IMG/VR virus record: IMGVR_UViG_3300037705_000118
Coordinates: 1 to 24,842 of that record
DNA from: a virus
Taxonomy: Duplodnaviria > Caudoviricetes
DNA: 24,842 bases
Direction: 5' to 3' (one strand)
The position numbers were made by a program, and so were the translations under genes. Of this stretch, positions 9,457 through 17,993 are shown in pieces (the stretch's first letter is position 1; every line of letters begins with the position of its first letter). The notes below the pieces were generated by a model. That model had not been told where the DNA came from and searched no databases. It saw nothing but the letters and a program-made list of their open reading frames with translations.

Positions 9457-9557
9457 CTCATTCTCCTGTTTTCCGAATTTTTCACCTTCTCAGCCCAACG
9501 TAGAAAAACTAGGCCGATTGCAAGGATGATAAGTAGGCGTAGAATGTTAATCCACAT
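9453..9557 (-). CDS. Small membrane peptide (34 aa)
   Basis: MWINILRLLIILAIGLVFLRWAEK...; AAGGAG RBS. Confidence 0.5.
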   Translation of the reverse strand: MWINILRLLIILAIGLVFLRWAEKVKNSENRRMR

Positions 9558-9585
9558 AGTTACTCCTTTTCGTTTAAACAAACTT

Positions 9586-10188
9586 TCATCTGCTAATCCA
9601 ATCAGGGTAAAATTCTGCTAGTTCTTGTGGCAGTACAAAATAGTCCATCACCACATAGTGGTAAAGTTCTGCATATAATTCGCCATACCCCCCCCAACCA
9701 GGATGAAGATTACCATTAATACCAGGAAAGTAAGCAACAAAACAATATACTCTATTATACACATTTGATCTACATTGCTGTGCAAGCAAGTCCACCGCAC
9801 GCTTCCATTCTTCAGTATCGCCTGGAAGTCCTAATTCTTCGTCCACCAAATGTCCTACTTCATGAAGTGCAGTACCCTCACTGTTAGCAACGATAATCCC
9901 TGTTCCAGGTAAATATTGACCTATATTTTTTCCTTGCAAATGATCTTTATCAGGGACTAAGTGAAACCCTTCCTCTCCCCAATAAACAGGAATTTGAATA
10001 TACATATTACCTTCTTCAGGAATAGGCATTTCATATCGAGTTGATATAACTGTTTTTGGAATATAATCAGTGTCATGTATAGTGACTATAGTTGGAATTG
10101 GATGTACACGTTGCAAAGCAAGTATTGACATAACAGCTGCTCCAACTATAGTCCCAATGAAAAATAAAACCAACTTAGATTTCTTCAT
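9586..10188 (-). CDS. Membrane-anchored putative Zn metallopeptidase (HExxH)
   Basis: N-terminal TM; 'LHEVGHLVD' and 'GWGGYGELYAELY'; GGAGG RBS. Confidence 0.6.
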   Translation of the reverse strand: MKKSKLVLFFIGTIVGAAVMSILALQRVHPIPTIVTIHDTDYIPKTVISTRYEMPIPEEGNMYIQIPVYWGEEGFHLVPDKDHLQGKNIGQYLPGTGIIVANSEGTALHEVGHLVDEELGLPGDTEEWKRAVDLLAQQCRSNVYNRVYCFVAYFPGINGNLHPGWGGYGELYAELYHYVVMDYFVLPQELAEFYPDWISR

Positions 10189-10192
10189 TTAA

Positions 10193-10450
10193 TTACTCCT
10201 CCACAACTATTTTATAGCCTATACCGCTGACATTCACGATCATATCTGGATTTTCAAGCCGTTCTCGCAATCGATGGGTTAGAGATCGTGAATATTCATG
10301 GTCATAGCGCGGGCTTCCAGTGTATCCGCCAACATACTGCGCTATCTGTGTGTGGGTCACAAGATTAGGTGAATTCTTGAGCAAGAGCGCCAAAAGCGAT
10401 TGTTGCTGGCGGGTAAGTGGTTTTTTGGTGCGGATATTGATAGTGGTCAT
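10193..10450 (-). CDS. Winged-helix DNA-binding protein (OmpR/PhoB C-terminal-like)
   Basis: 'LTRQQQSLLALLL..SPNLVTH..I...HRLRERL...IVNVSGIGYKI'. Confidence 0.75.
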   Translation of the reverse strand: MTTINIRTKKPLTRQQQSLLALLLKNSPNLVTHTQIAQYVGGYTGSPRYDHEYSRSLTHRLRERLENPDMIVNVSGIGYKIVVEE

Positions 10451-12033
10451 ACAATTGCCTCCTTGAACCAGTCGCTGTACATTGCCATCGCTCGATTGAC
10501 AGTAGCTTTGCCGTCAGCCAATGCGACATAGTTAGTGATATATTCCCCATTTTCGTCACGAGTACCGCGGGAAATCCGTCCAGCAGCTTGTACAATCGCG
10601 TTATAGGTGATCCAATCTTCATAGGTGCGTCCACCAAACTTGTGCCTGCGTACTTTCATATATTCATCTGTTGGATTTATATTGGCTACAGATGCGATCA
10701 CCAGCCAGCGCGCCAAGTCGCCTTTGAGGTTTAATCCACTGCCCATTCCCTGAATAGTGCCAACCATGATGTCACCTGGTCGCACATCAGTAATAAACTT
10801 GGTCGTAATATCATTCACGCGTTGTCCTTGACCCTGTACGATAAATCTACGTTCATTCTCTGGCATAAATTCCATGATCTTCTTGATCTTATAGTAGCTA
10901 GAGGTCAGGATCACACCGCGCCAGTTAGGAGGGAACTGTTGTATCCATTTCTGAATTCCCTTAGATTGGATTTCATAGAACTTGGGATTTTCATGTAAAA
11001 CCCGTTTGCTCATACGTGGGAATTTGAGATCGAACACAGGGCGGTATTGCGCCGGAACAGGGTGTTCAAAAGTAGAAAACTTATAATCATCAATACCTAA
11101 CATATGCGCTAGTGGCGCAGGATTGCCGATAGTTGCGCTCATTAGGAGTTTAGTGTGTTTGTGGAAAAATATCTTGTTTGCGATCCGGTCAGCCAACAGA
11201 GCCATAATTGAGAAGCCGTTGTTGTCAACTTGCAAAAACCAGTCATCTTCGTTAAGAACATCGCCAATATAATGATCGATATTAGCTTTCATTCTGCGTC
11301 TAGTAGCTGCACGGCGGGAGTGATCTAGTTCAGATGTATCTAGTAGTTTTGAGCAAGTTTCCAGCCACTTTATAATTGTGGTGTAAGCATCGCCCAATAG
11401 CGCGCCTTTGTTGTCAGGACCGAACTCTTTGATAGGGAATTCTGGAAGTTCGTGGTGTGCAATCGTTTTGTGTAAATATTCCAACTTATTGAAACGGATC
11501 AATTCTTCTGCAGAATCATGCGCTTCGTCAAATACTAATATACCGGTGCGCTTACGCATAGCGGTACTGAGAGCCATATAGCGATAGGTCATAACTGTAC
11601 GCCGGGCTGTAAGCGCATGCATTTTGGCAATGTGGTAAGAACAAGTTTGAACAACAGGACAATCAAGCATAGAAGAGAATGAACAGTCTGCTACAGTAGG
11701 AACTTCTTTCCATTCATCTTGCCAAAATTCTAGTTTCTCATCATAGTTGCAGGGATACTCCTGCCGTCCACGGATAGCGTTGAAACCGTATTCGCGTTCA
11801 TACTGAGTTACGAGTGGAAGAGTATGAACACAAGCTGTGATGGGGTCGTGGTGGCCTAGTGCTGTAACCACGCCGGATTTTCCAATTCCGGTCGGGGCCT
11901 CTGCAATCAGTATTCCACCGCCGTTTAGGGAAAGTTCACGGGTCTGGCGGTAAATTTCCTTTTGCGCTGGTCGCCAGGTATCGTGGGGCGCGCCTAGTTC
12001 GCGGGGCGAGTCGGGGATGATTAGATCGGTCAT
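10447..12033 (-). CDS. DinG/XPD-family SF2 helicase
   Basis: Q motif 'RPAQ', Walker A 'EAPTGIGKS', 'GRQEYPC' plus Cys cluster, 'FDEAH', 'LMSAT', motif VI 'QAAGRISR'. Confidence 0.9.
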   Translation of the reverse strand: MTDLIIPDSPRELGAPHDTWRPAQKEIYRQTRELSLNGGGILIAEAPTGIGKSGVVTALGHHDPITACVHTLPLVTQYEREYGFNAIRGRQEYPCNYDEKLEFWQDEWKEVPTVADCSFSSMLDCPVVQTCSYHIAKMHALTARRTVMTYRYMALSTAMRKRTGILVFDEAHDSAEELIRFNKLEYLHKTIAHHELPEFPIKEFGPDNKGALLGDAYTTIIKWLETCSKLLDTSELDHSRRAATRRRMKANIDHYIGDVLNEDDWFLQVDNNGFSIMALLADRIANKIFFHKHTKLLMSATIGNPAPLAHMLGIDDYKFSTFEHPVPAQYRPVFDLKFPRMSKRVLHENPKFYEIQSKGIQKWIQQFPPNWRGVILTSSYYKIKKIMEFMPENERRFIVQGQGQRVNDITTKFITDVRPGDIMVGTIQGMGSGLNLKGDLARWLVIASVANINPTDEYMKVRRHKFGGRTYEDWITYNAIVQAAGRISRGTRDENGEYITNYVALADGKATVNRAMAMYSDWFKEAIV

Positions 12034-12203
12034 TTATTGATTTCTTTCCAATCTTGCACGAAAGAAAAGACGATACCAGAAACATATAAGGTAAGAAAGA
12101 TTAATTTTGCTAAAATGTCGCCAAAGTCGCCAACGTAAAAGAAAATTTTAATATCTTGACTTCCTATCCATACAATTATTCCTAAGCAGATTATAGATCG
12201 CAT
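12030..12203 (-). CDS. Small membrane protein (57 aa)
   Basis: MRSIICLGIIVWIG...LIFLTLYVSGIVFSFV...; AAGGAG RBS; ATGA overlap with helicase. Confidence 0.5.
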   Translation of the reverse strand: MRSIICLGIIVWIGSQDIKIFFYVGDFGDILAKLIFLTLYVSGIVFSFVQDWKEINK

Positions 12204-12259
12204 AGTATTACTCCTTTGTGTCTACCTTCTTCTATGAAGAAAGTGTGCTCCTAGACAGT

Positions 12260-12694
12260 TTAATCTCGTAGTTCAAAAACTTCTTTATTATTCCACTCAA
12301 TAGTAAAATCTAAGTTATCAATCTCTTGATTTTCCATGAAATCAATATAAGCTATTAAAATGCTAGTATCTTTATTCCCAGTATCTTGATAAAGAATAGC
12401 CGCACGAGTAGAAAATGTGCTTTCTTTCCACGTCACACTATCGGCAGTAAATATAACATTGCCTTTTTTACCAGTTTTTATACGCTTATTGACAAGTTTT
12501 TTGCCTCCCGCAACATATCCAATACCTTGAACTTCATCTTTTATGTCACTAAAAACAGTATCTAGGCAATTGTAAGGATCATATTTTGGTTCATATTTAT
12601 CTGTCACTAATGCTATTTTAATATCATCTTCAAGCAGATTAAGTATCCCATTTATTAGTGATGTCTTACCAGAAGAATAGATAAAGTTTTCCAT
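12260..12694 (-). CDS. Homolog of the tail-region protein at 3842-4264
   Basis: 'LNLLEDDIKIALV..KYEP', 'EVQGIGYVAGG..L', 'LIAYIDF'; start moved to ATG 12694 after AAGGAG. Confidence 0.6.
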   Translation of the reverse strand: MENFIYSSGKTSLINGILNLLEDDIKIALVTDKYEPKYDPYNCLDTVFSDIKDEVQGIGYVAGGKKLVNKRIKTGKKGNVIFTADSVTWKESTFSTRAAILYQDTGNKDTSILIAYIDFMENQEIDNLDFTIEWNNKEVFELRD

Positions 12695-12826
12695 TATGCT
12701 CCTTCTCCTACAGGCATTGATACAACGCACTGTAAAAATGTGGTGTAGTTCACCCGATCCGGCACTTCGAGGCCAGAAATATCACGGGTAGTGGATTTGA
12801 GTAAGGTTAGAAAATGTGACATCTAG

Positions 12827-13180
12827 TTATTTATCTAATAAGAAGGACAAGTCAACTTTTGGGTCAAACCACTTATTTTTGAGAATATGCCCAATCGCAT
12901 GAACCTTGCTATGCTCGGCTTTTACGCGACAGTGAGTTCCAGGAAGTTTTTCCCAGCTAGTAACTTCCAACACATCCATAATCCTAAGAATGAATTCCAT
13001 TCCCCATGCTGTACCTATGTGGGTATCTTCTTCGCCATTGGGAGTGTTAAGAGAATACCCACAAAACCCCTGTCCACTACTGCCATAATCTAAATAAAGG
13101 TAAACTGTGGAGAAGATTCCGTGATCTTCTTTTCCCAATATAGTTCCAGTGATTATTGCATTTTTTATTTCGATATTCAT
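12827..13180 (-). CDS. Phage hypothetical protein
   Basis: 117 aa; AGGAG RBS. Confidence 0.7.
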   Translation of the reverse strand: MNIEIKNAIITGTILGKEDHGIFSTVYLYLDYGSSGQGFCGYSLNTPNGEEDTHIGTAWGMEFILRIMDVLEVTSWEKLPGTHCRVKAEHSKVHAIGHILKNKWFDPKVDLSFLLDK

Positions 13181-13310
13181 TTCAGTACTCCTGTATTTTC
13201 TATAAATAGTGATTTATATACTTATATTTTATCAAACATTTTATATTTGTCAAGTAATTGGTAGGAGTTTTTCTAAGAGTTTTGGGCTATTTTCAGCCCA
13301 TTTCCCTCAG

Positions 13311-14249
13311 TCAGCCAGTTAGAATGGGTATCGGAACAGGATTTCTAGTGGTATCGCGCGTCAAATAATTCGTATTAACATTACTTATTTCGCCACTATT
13401 TTCCCATGCGATCTTGCTTGGAGCTATCTTGTGCATCTTGATATATACTCCAACGTAGTGACCGCGGCTTTCAAGTTCTCGTACCGCACGCATCACACGT
13501 TGCCACAAGTACGCTTTGACCTCTTCAGCATTGGTAGGTTTGAAGTTAGCAGTTTCTTTGACAATCTTTTCCATCAATGCCGCTACTTCGGACGGAACTG
13601 CGCTGGTGACGAATTCTGGAACTGCGATCTGCACAGTCTCTTCTTTTTCAGGACCAGGAGGGGGAATATGCAGCATCCCTGATTTTCGTGTGCCATCAGG
13701 AGTGTTCATAATAAAACGCCAATCTTGCGCCATTATCCAATCTATATCAATTTTGACAAACGCAACATTTTCTCTATCAACGCTCAATTCTGATAGGTCT
13801 AGCAAAAGCAGGTCGTTGCCATCATCCATAGGAAAACGCGAGAACTGATTCTTATTCGCTCCAAGCCTGCGAAGCAAATTGCGCGCTTCTTCATGATCTA
13901 CCATGGCTGTATGTATCTTGTCTTTCTTTATAATAAGATCGACTACTCGCTTATATGTTTTCTTGGCTCTACGATCCAGACACCGCGGACATTCACGGAA
14001 TAGATCGCAATAGAAAACGTATCCCTGTTGTTTGCCGGTAAGAGGATTAAAGAAATAAGCTTGCTTGCCACAGTTAGCAAGACGTTCTTGATGTTTCTCG
14101 TCTTTATGATTCTCGGTTTCTAACAACGCCCAAGCAGCTTCTTGTTCTGGAGTTTCTTCTTCAAATTCTGTGGGGAAAAACGATGTCCAATCTTGATCTG
14201 CCCAATCTTCATTCGTGATACCATCGGATTCAATCATATCGAGTGTCAT
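13311..14249 (-). CDS. Hypothetical protein with N-terminal Cys cluster
   Basis: 312 aa; AAGGA RBS; 'LANCG...YC...RECPRC..RRA'. Confidence 0.7.
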   Translation of the reverse strand: MTLDMIESDGITNEDWADQDWTSFFPTEFEEETPEQEAAWALLETENHKDEKHQERLANCGKQAYFFNPLTGKQQGYVFYCDLFRECPRCLDRRAKKTYKRVVDLIIKKDKIHTAMVDHEEARNLLRRLGANKNQFSRFPMDDGNDLLLLDLSELSVDRENVAFVKIDIDWIMAQDWRFIMNTPDGTRKSGMLHIPPPGPEKEETVQIAVPEFVTSAVPSEVAALMEKIVKETANFKPTNAEEVKAYLWQRVMRAVRELESRGHYVGVYIKMHKIAPSKIAWENSGEISNVNTNYLTRDTTRNPVPIPILTG

Positions 14250-14311
14250 AATATATCCTTTGTACAGTTAACGGCTCGTGCCAGTTGACATTATGAGTTT
14301 ACTTTGTTCAG

Positions 14312-14397
14312 ACGAGAGAAAGGGAGTCGAACCCTTACGCCGGAATTACTGACATCGCTGTTTTCAAAACAGATAAGCACACCACATGCGTCTCTCG
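14312..14397 (-). tRNA. tRNA-Ser(UGA), atypical short D arm
   Basis: Acceptor CGAGAGA/TCTCTCG; anticodon loop TT-TGA-AA; long variable arm; T arm AAGGG-TTCGACT-CCCTT. Confidence 0.6.
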
Positions 14398-14536
14398 TGG
14401 CGGGGAACAATTGTCTCTCCAGTTTGGACATGTTGCCCAACGTTCCCCTGTCACCCCGATTGTCCGCATGCAGACGCTTCGAGGTTAGCTAGGGGAGTTA
14501 ACCGAGGATATCACATCTTCCTGGTAATGCCCCTAG

Positions 14537-14609
14537 TAGCGGAGGGTGGACTTGAACCACCAGCTTTCAGCTTATGAGGCTGATGCTTTGCCAGTTAAGC
14601 TACTCCGCA
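14537..14609 (-). tRNA. tRNA-Met(CAU), initiator-like 1:72 mismatch
   Basis: T-GCGGAG/CTCCGC-T; TCAGC-CT-CAT-AA-GCTGA; GGTGG-TTCAAGT-CCACC. Confidence 0.85.
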
Positions 14610-14746
14610 TTTAGGCTACGCACCTTTTGCTATTATGTAAAAGTTCCATTAGGACTGGCCTAGGTCATAGTTTCAAGTTTGAAAGGGTAATCTCCTTGAG
14701 GTTTGCCTAGACCAGTCCTTTTCCGAATGGAGGGTTTTAGACCCAG

Positions 14747-14821
14747 GGTATTCGACAGGATTTGCACCCGCAACCTTCCGATTCACAGTCGGACGCTCTA
14801 ACGAGTTGAGCTACGAATACC
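14747..14821 (-). tRNA. tRNA-His(GUG)
   Basis: G-1:C73; GTATTCG/CGAATAC; TCCGA-CT-GTG-AA-TCGGA; variant T loop TGCAAAT. Confidence 0.85.
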
Positions 14822-14826
14822 ATAAT

Positions 14827-15009
14827 TTATACTAAACCATAAAACAACTGAGAAACTGCATAATATACTTCACCAACAGCATAACCAAAAGTTTCGGGAT
14901 ATGGATGTGCTTTAAACGTATCATTTGCTTTTGCTTCAAATTCATTAGCTAAATGTAAAAAGAATTCTTGAACAAAACTTAGTTTCTCACTTTTCTTAAC
15001 TTCATTCAT
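14827..15009 (-). CDS. Hypothetical protein inside tRNA array
   Basis: 60-aa ORF filling the gap between tRNA-Gly and tRNA-His. Confidence 0.45.
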   Translation of the reverse strand: MNEVKKSEKLSFVQEFFLHLANEFEAKANDTFKAHPYPETFGYAVGEVYYAVSQLFYGLV

Positions 15010-15025
15010 AACATTACATTCCTAG

Positions 15026-15098
15026 AGCCTGTGACTGGATTTGAACCAGCAACGCATAGGTTGGAAGCCTATCGTTCTACCTTTAGAACTACACAGGC
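15026..15098 (-). tRNA. tRNA-Gly(UCC)
   Basis: GCCTGTG/CACAGGC-T; ATAGG-CT-TCC-AA-CCTAT; GCTGG-TTCAAAT-CCAGT. Confidence 0.9.
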
Positions 15099-15107
15099 AT
15101 TTTGGAT

Positions 15108-15266
15108 AAAAAAACTCCTATGACTAGTAACAACGGCGAGAACGGTGAGCGACAGACTTTTATCAAACGCTATCTTGACCAGAGATAGCCTTCGTCTCAC
15201 CGCTGTTATTAGTAACAGGAGTTTCGTCCGCTGTCGCGCTGATTTAAAGTTCTGGGTCGGTCGCTT
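15108..15266 (-). ncRNA. Unidentified structured RNA leading tRNA array 1
   Basis: ~30-bp interrupted stem 15112-15224 ending in a U-run; inner hairpin GCTATCT/AGATAGC; downstream of a promoter; no long ORF. Confidence 0.5.
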
Positions 15267-15268
15267 TA

Positions 15269-15298
15269 ATAATACAACAACCTATACTGATTTGTCAA
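15269..15298 (-). promoter_or_regulatory. Sigma70-like promoter for tRNA array 1
   Basis: TTGACA-18 nt-TATTAT. Confidence 0.55.
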
Positions 15299-15302
15299 GT
15301 GG

Positions 15303-16073
15303 TTAATGTCGTTTTCTTACCGCAAACCCAATCCCAATTGCACAACCAGCAACCACGATTGCCAACGCGATCCCAAACAAACCCCAGTTGCTGCTGATGG
15401 GTTCAGAGTATTCAAATTGCGTTTGTTGGCAACCACAACATCCACAACATCCGCTTTCGGTCCAAACGCTAGTAACGCCTACAACTTCAGTGACAACAAT
15501 TTCTGTTACTACTTGGCAAATGTAACTTTCGGTTTCAGTCGTGGTGAATTGCGTTCCTGTTGGGTAGAAAACGGTGTTGGTTGGATGCGGGGTCTTACTG
15601 GGTTGCGGCTTATGCGTTTTCGTAGCCGTTGGTGGAATTAGAGTATTAGTGTGCGTTGGATCAGGGGTATTTGTGTCAGTAGGTATAACTGTGTCAGTGA
15701 AAGTTGGAGTGTTGGTGGGGTCAACCAAAGTCGGAGTAACAGTTTTCTCGATCTGCTTGAAGCCAAGTTCAACATGTGAAATCTGTTTACAATCAGGACC
15801 ATCTCCAATGCGAGTGATCTCAACATGATCTGTGCCAACGCCTTCAAAGATATAGCAACCTGGAACAGTTTCAAAGTAACATTCAGTTCCAGCTTTCAAT
15901 GTTGCTTCGTCAATGATATAGCTAGTAGGCGCATCATATTCGTAGTGTTCAGAACTGAAGTCCAGCTTTTCATCATGATCGAAACAGTTGCCAAGAGTAG
16001 TAGCTGAAGCTGAAATTGAGGATATGAGAATGAGAATAAGGATTAGAAGTAAGGGGATAGTTTTCTTGTACAT
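15303..16073 (-). CDS. Secreted surface protein with Thr/Pro-rich linker and C-terminal membrane anchor
   Basis: Signal peptide; Cys-containing N-domain; PT-rich repeats; CCGCCGC; C-terminal TM followed by RKRH. Confidence 0.75.
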   Translation of the reverse strand: MYKKTIPLLLILILILISSISASATTLGNCFDHDEKLDFSSEHYEYDAPTSYIIDEATLKAGTECYFETVPGCYIFEGVGTDHVEITRIGDGPDCKQISHVELGFKQIEKTVTPTLVDPTNTPTFTDTVIPTDTNTPDPTHTNTLIPPTATKTHKPQPSKTPHPTNTVFYPTGTQFTTTETESYICQVVTEIVVTEVVGVTSVWTESGCCGCCGCQQTQFEYSEPISSNWGLFGIALAIVVAGCAIGIGFAVRKRH

Positions 16074-16079
16074 AGACAG

Positions 16080-16108
16080 ATTATATCATTGTATATTTTG
16101 AGATGCAA
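16080..16108 (-). promoter_or_regulatory. Sigma70 promoter with extended -10, predicting a leaderless mRNA
   Basis: TTGCAT-17 nt-TATAAT with TGn; ATG 16073 only 6 nt after the -10. Confidence 0.6.
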
Positions 16109-16206
16109 CTGGTTGATAAGTGGAGACCACACCGAGGAGTAGTCCATTGTTTTATCCTTTCGTGGAATAGGATCACCATCGTTTATTGATAACCAATATC
16201 CATCAA

Positions 16207-16695
16207 TCATTTGGTTTCCTTCATGAAAGTCAGCCAGTTTGTTTTGCTTTTACTTCTTGTTGTGTGACCAAACAATGGTTCAGCGGGCGCAAGAGATAGA
16301 ACTTCTTTGGTTGTTTTTTCTGCCTCGCTCCATTTGAAAATCAATATGCCATTCTCTTCTAATACCCTAAAACACTCATCAAAGCCTCCCCGAAGATTGT
16401 CCCTCCAATCCGCAAATAGTTTCCCGTACTTCTGCGCCAACCAACTATTATCCCCGACATTTATAAGATGCGGTGGATCCCAAACCACAAGTTTGAAGTG
16501 GTTGTTTGGGAATGGCAACCGAGTATAGTCAAACTGGACATTTGGGGATATCTTCCACCTGCGGCCATTCTTTCCCTTGCCAACCCAAATATCGGCAACT
16601 CGAATATCACCATAAACTACGTCGCCCCGGTTTTTTTGATACCAAATAGACCGCGCGCTGCATGTGACATCCAATATCCTATATGTCGGGTTCAA
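16207..16695 (-). CDS. SAM-dependent methyltransferase (small phage type)
   Basis: 'ILDVTCSARSIW', 'LPF.NNHFKLVVWDPPHL', 'GFDECFRVL...GILIFKW'. Confidence 0.85.
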   Translation of the reverse strand: MNPTYRILDVTCSARSIWYQKNRGDVVYGDIRVADIWVGKGKNGRRWKISPNVQFDYTRLPFPNNHFKLVVWDPPHLINVGDNSWLAQKYGKLFADWRDNLRGGFDECFRVLEENGILIFKWSEAEKTTKEVLSLAPAEPLFGHTTRSKSKTNWLTFMKETK

Positions 16696-17429
16696 AACAT
16701 CACCTGCTGAGCGTACGCGGTCTTGATGCGCTTCTCGGCGATTTTGAAGTAATCCTCATCAATTTCAATGCCGATAAAATTCCTGCCGAGTTCTGCGCAT
16801 GCGACTCCAGTCGTGCCTGTTCCCATGAAGGGGTCTATTACAGTATCTCCCTCATCAGTTGTTGCTAAAATTATTCTGTCCATCAAACGCAATGGCTTTT
16901 GCCAATGAATAGATTTTCCATCTTCTCCACGAACTCGTTCTTTATCCATAGTATGAAAATTGCCTATATCTTCCCACACATCAGTAGGAACTTTGTGTGT
17001 TCTTCCTGAAGGATTAAATTTGGAATCTTGCATTTTTTTGGGAATAGAAATACGTTCTGGATAAAATTTATATTCTCCTGTTTTTGAGTACCAAAGGATG
17101 TCGTCATGTTTTCTTCCAAACCGCCGACTACTACGTCCACCCCAATCATAAGGCCAAATAATCCAATTGATAAAGTTAGACTTCCCAAAAAGGCTATCCA
17201 GATAAAGCTTTAATTGGGCAACACTTCGGTAATCAGTCTGTATAAAAATACTACCAGTATCATTAAGTAAATCTTTACATGGATTTACCCATGTAAAATT
17301 TAAATCATCATACATCATATCAGCGTAGATGAGGTCTGCTCTTTCCCCCTTATCGAGCAGACCCATCATAACACTAATATTGTCGTCTAAATAAAGACGA
17401 GCAGTTCCCATTAGGAACTTACCAACCAA
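16692..17429 (-). CDS. DNA N6-adenine/N4-cytosine methyltransferase, beta class
   Basis: 'HWQKP..LM.RII...T.EGD.VIDPFMGTGTT...LGRNFIGIE'; motif IV reads DMMY; true start may be ATG at 17411. Confidence 0.85.
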   Translation of the reverse strand: MVGKFLMGTARLYLDDNISVMMGLLDKGERADLIYADMMYDDLNFTWVNPCKDLLNDTGSIFIQTDYRSVAQLKLYLDSLFGKSNFINWIIWPYDWGGRSSRRFGRKHDDILWYSKTGEYKFYPERISIPKKMQDSKFNPSGRTHKVPTDVWEDIGNFHTMDKERVRGEDGKSIHWQKPLRLMDRIILATTDEGDTVIDPFMGTGTTGVACAELGRNFIGIEIDEDYFKIAEKRIKTAYAQQVMF

Positions 17430-17944
17430 CCAACGTTAGGAAGATTTACAGCTTTTGCAGGAATGTAGTGAGTCGGCATTGAACACAGTTGATACCAAAA
17501 AATCAAGCCATCTCCACGAATAGGAGAGCCATCCTTAACCATCAACTTCTCTCCCTGCTTAAAGACAAGTCTTTCCACCATACTCCAAACATCAAAAATA
17601 CTATAGCCATTTTTGTTATAGCCAACTAAATGGTAAGTTGCTTGTTTGTCCTTAATAATGGTAGCCAGTTGGCAACCAGCATTAGGATTGTATGTGGGGG
17701 TGGGTGTGGGCTCCACCACTGTAGTTTCTTCCGGTACTGGAGTTACTTCAACATACACAATCTGTGTAGGCCCAGGAACTTGAACTTCCTTTGTAACTAC
17801 CTTTACCACTTCAACCGTCTTTGGTTCAACAACGGGAAGATTACTAGCAGAAATCTGCACAGCACTCCCAGCCACAGTAGCCATAATGACCAATGCAATA
17901 ACAGCCTTGAACCAAAATTCTTTTGTCTTAAACATATTAGACAA
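17411..17944 (-). CDS. Secreted protein with PT-rich linker and C-terminal beta domain (paralog A)
   Basis: GGAGG RBS; signal peptide; C-terminus similar to 18197-18766. Confidence 0.7.
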   Translation of the reverse strand: MSNMFKTKEFWFKAVIALVIMATVAGSAVQISASNLPVVEPKTVEVVKVVTKEVQVPGPTQIVYVEVTPVPEETTVVEPTPTPTYNPNAGCQLATIIKDKQATYHLVGYNKNGYSIFDVWSMVERLVFKQGEKLMVKDGSPIRGDGLIFWYQLCSMPTHYIPAKAVNLPNVGWLVSS

Positions 17945-17993
17945 AACCTCCGTATAGGAATAATTTTTTGACTGGCATCATTACCAGTCTAGG

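Noticed and set aside
13225-13253. Minus-strand promoter from TTGACA near 13248-13253
   Set aside because: No convincing -10 at 16-18 nt in very AT-rich sequence
14312-14398. tRNA-Sec (TTCAAA on + strand, possible 8-bp acceptor)
   Set aside because: T-loop orientation places the gene on the minus strand with anticodon UGA (Ser); the extra pair uses the A of the upstream CCA
15217-15232. Hammerhead ribozyme (GGACGAAAC on minus strand)
   Set aside because: No CUGANGA core in a compatible position
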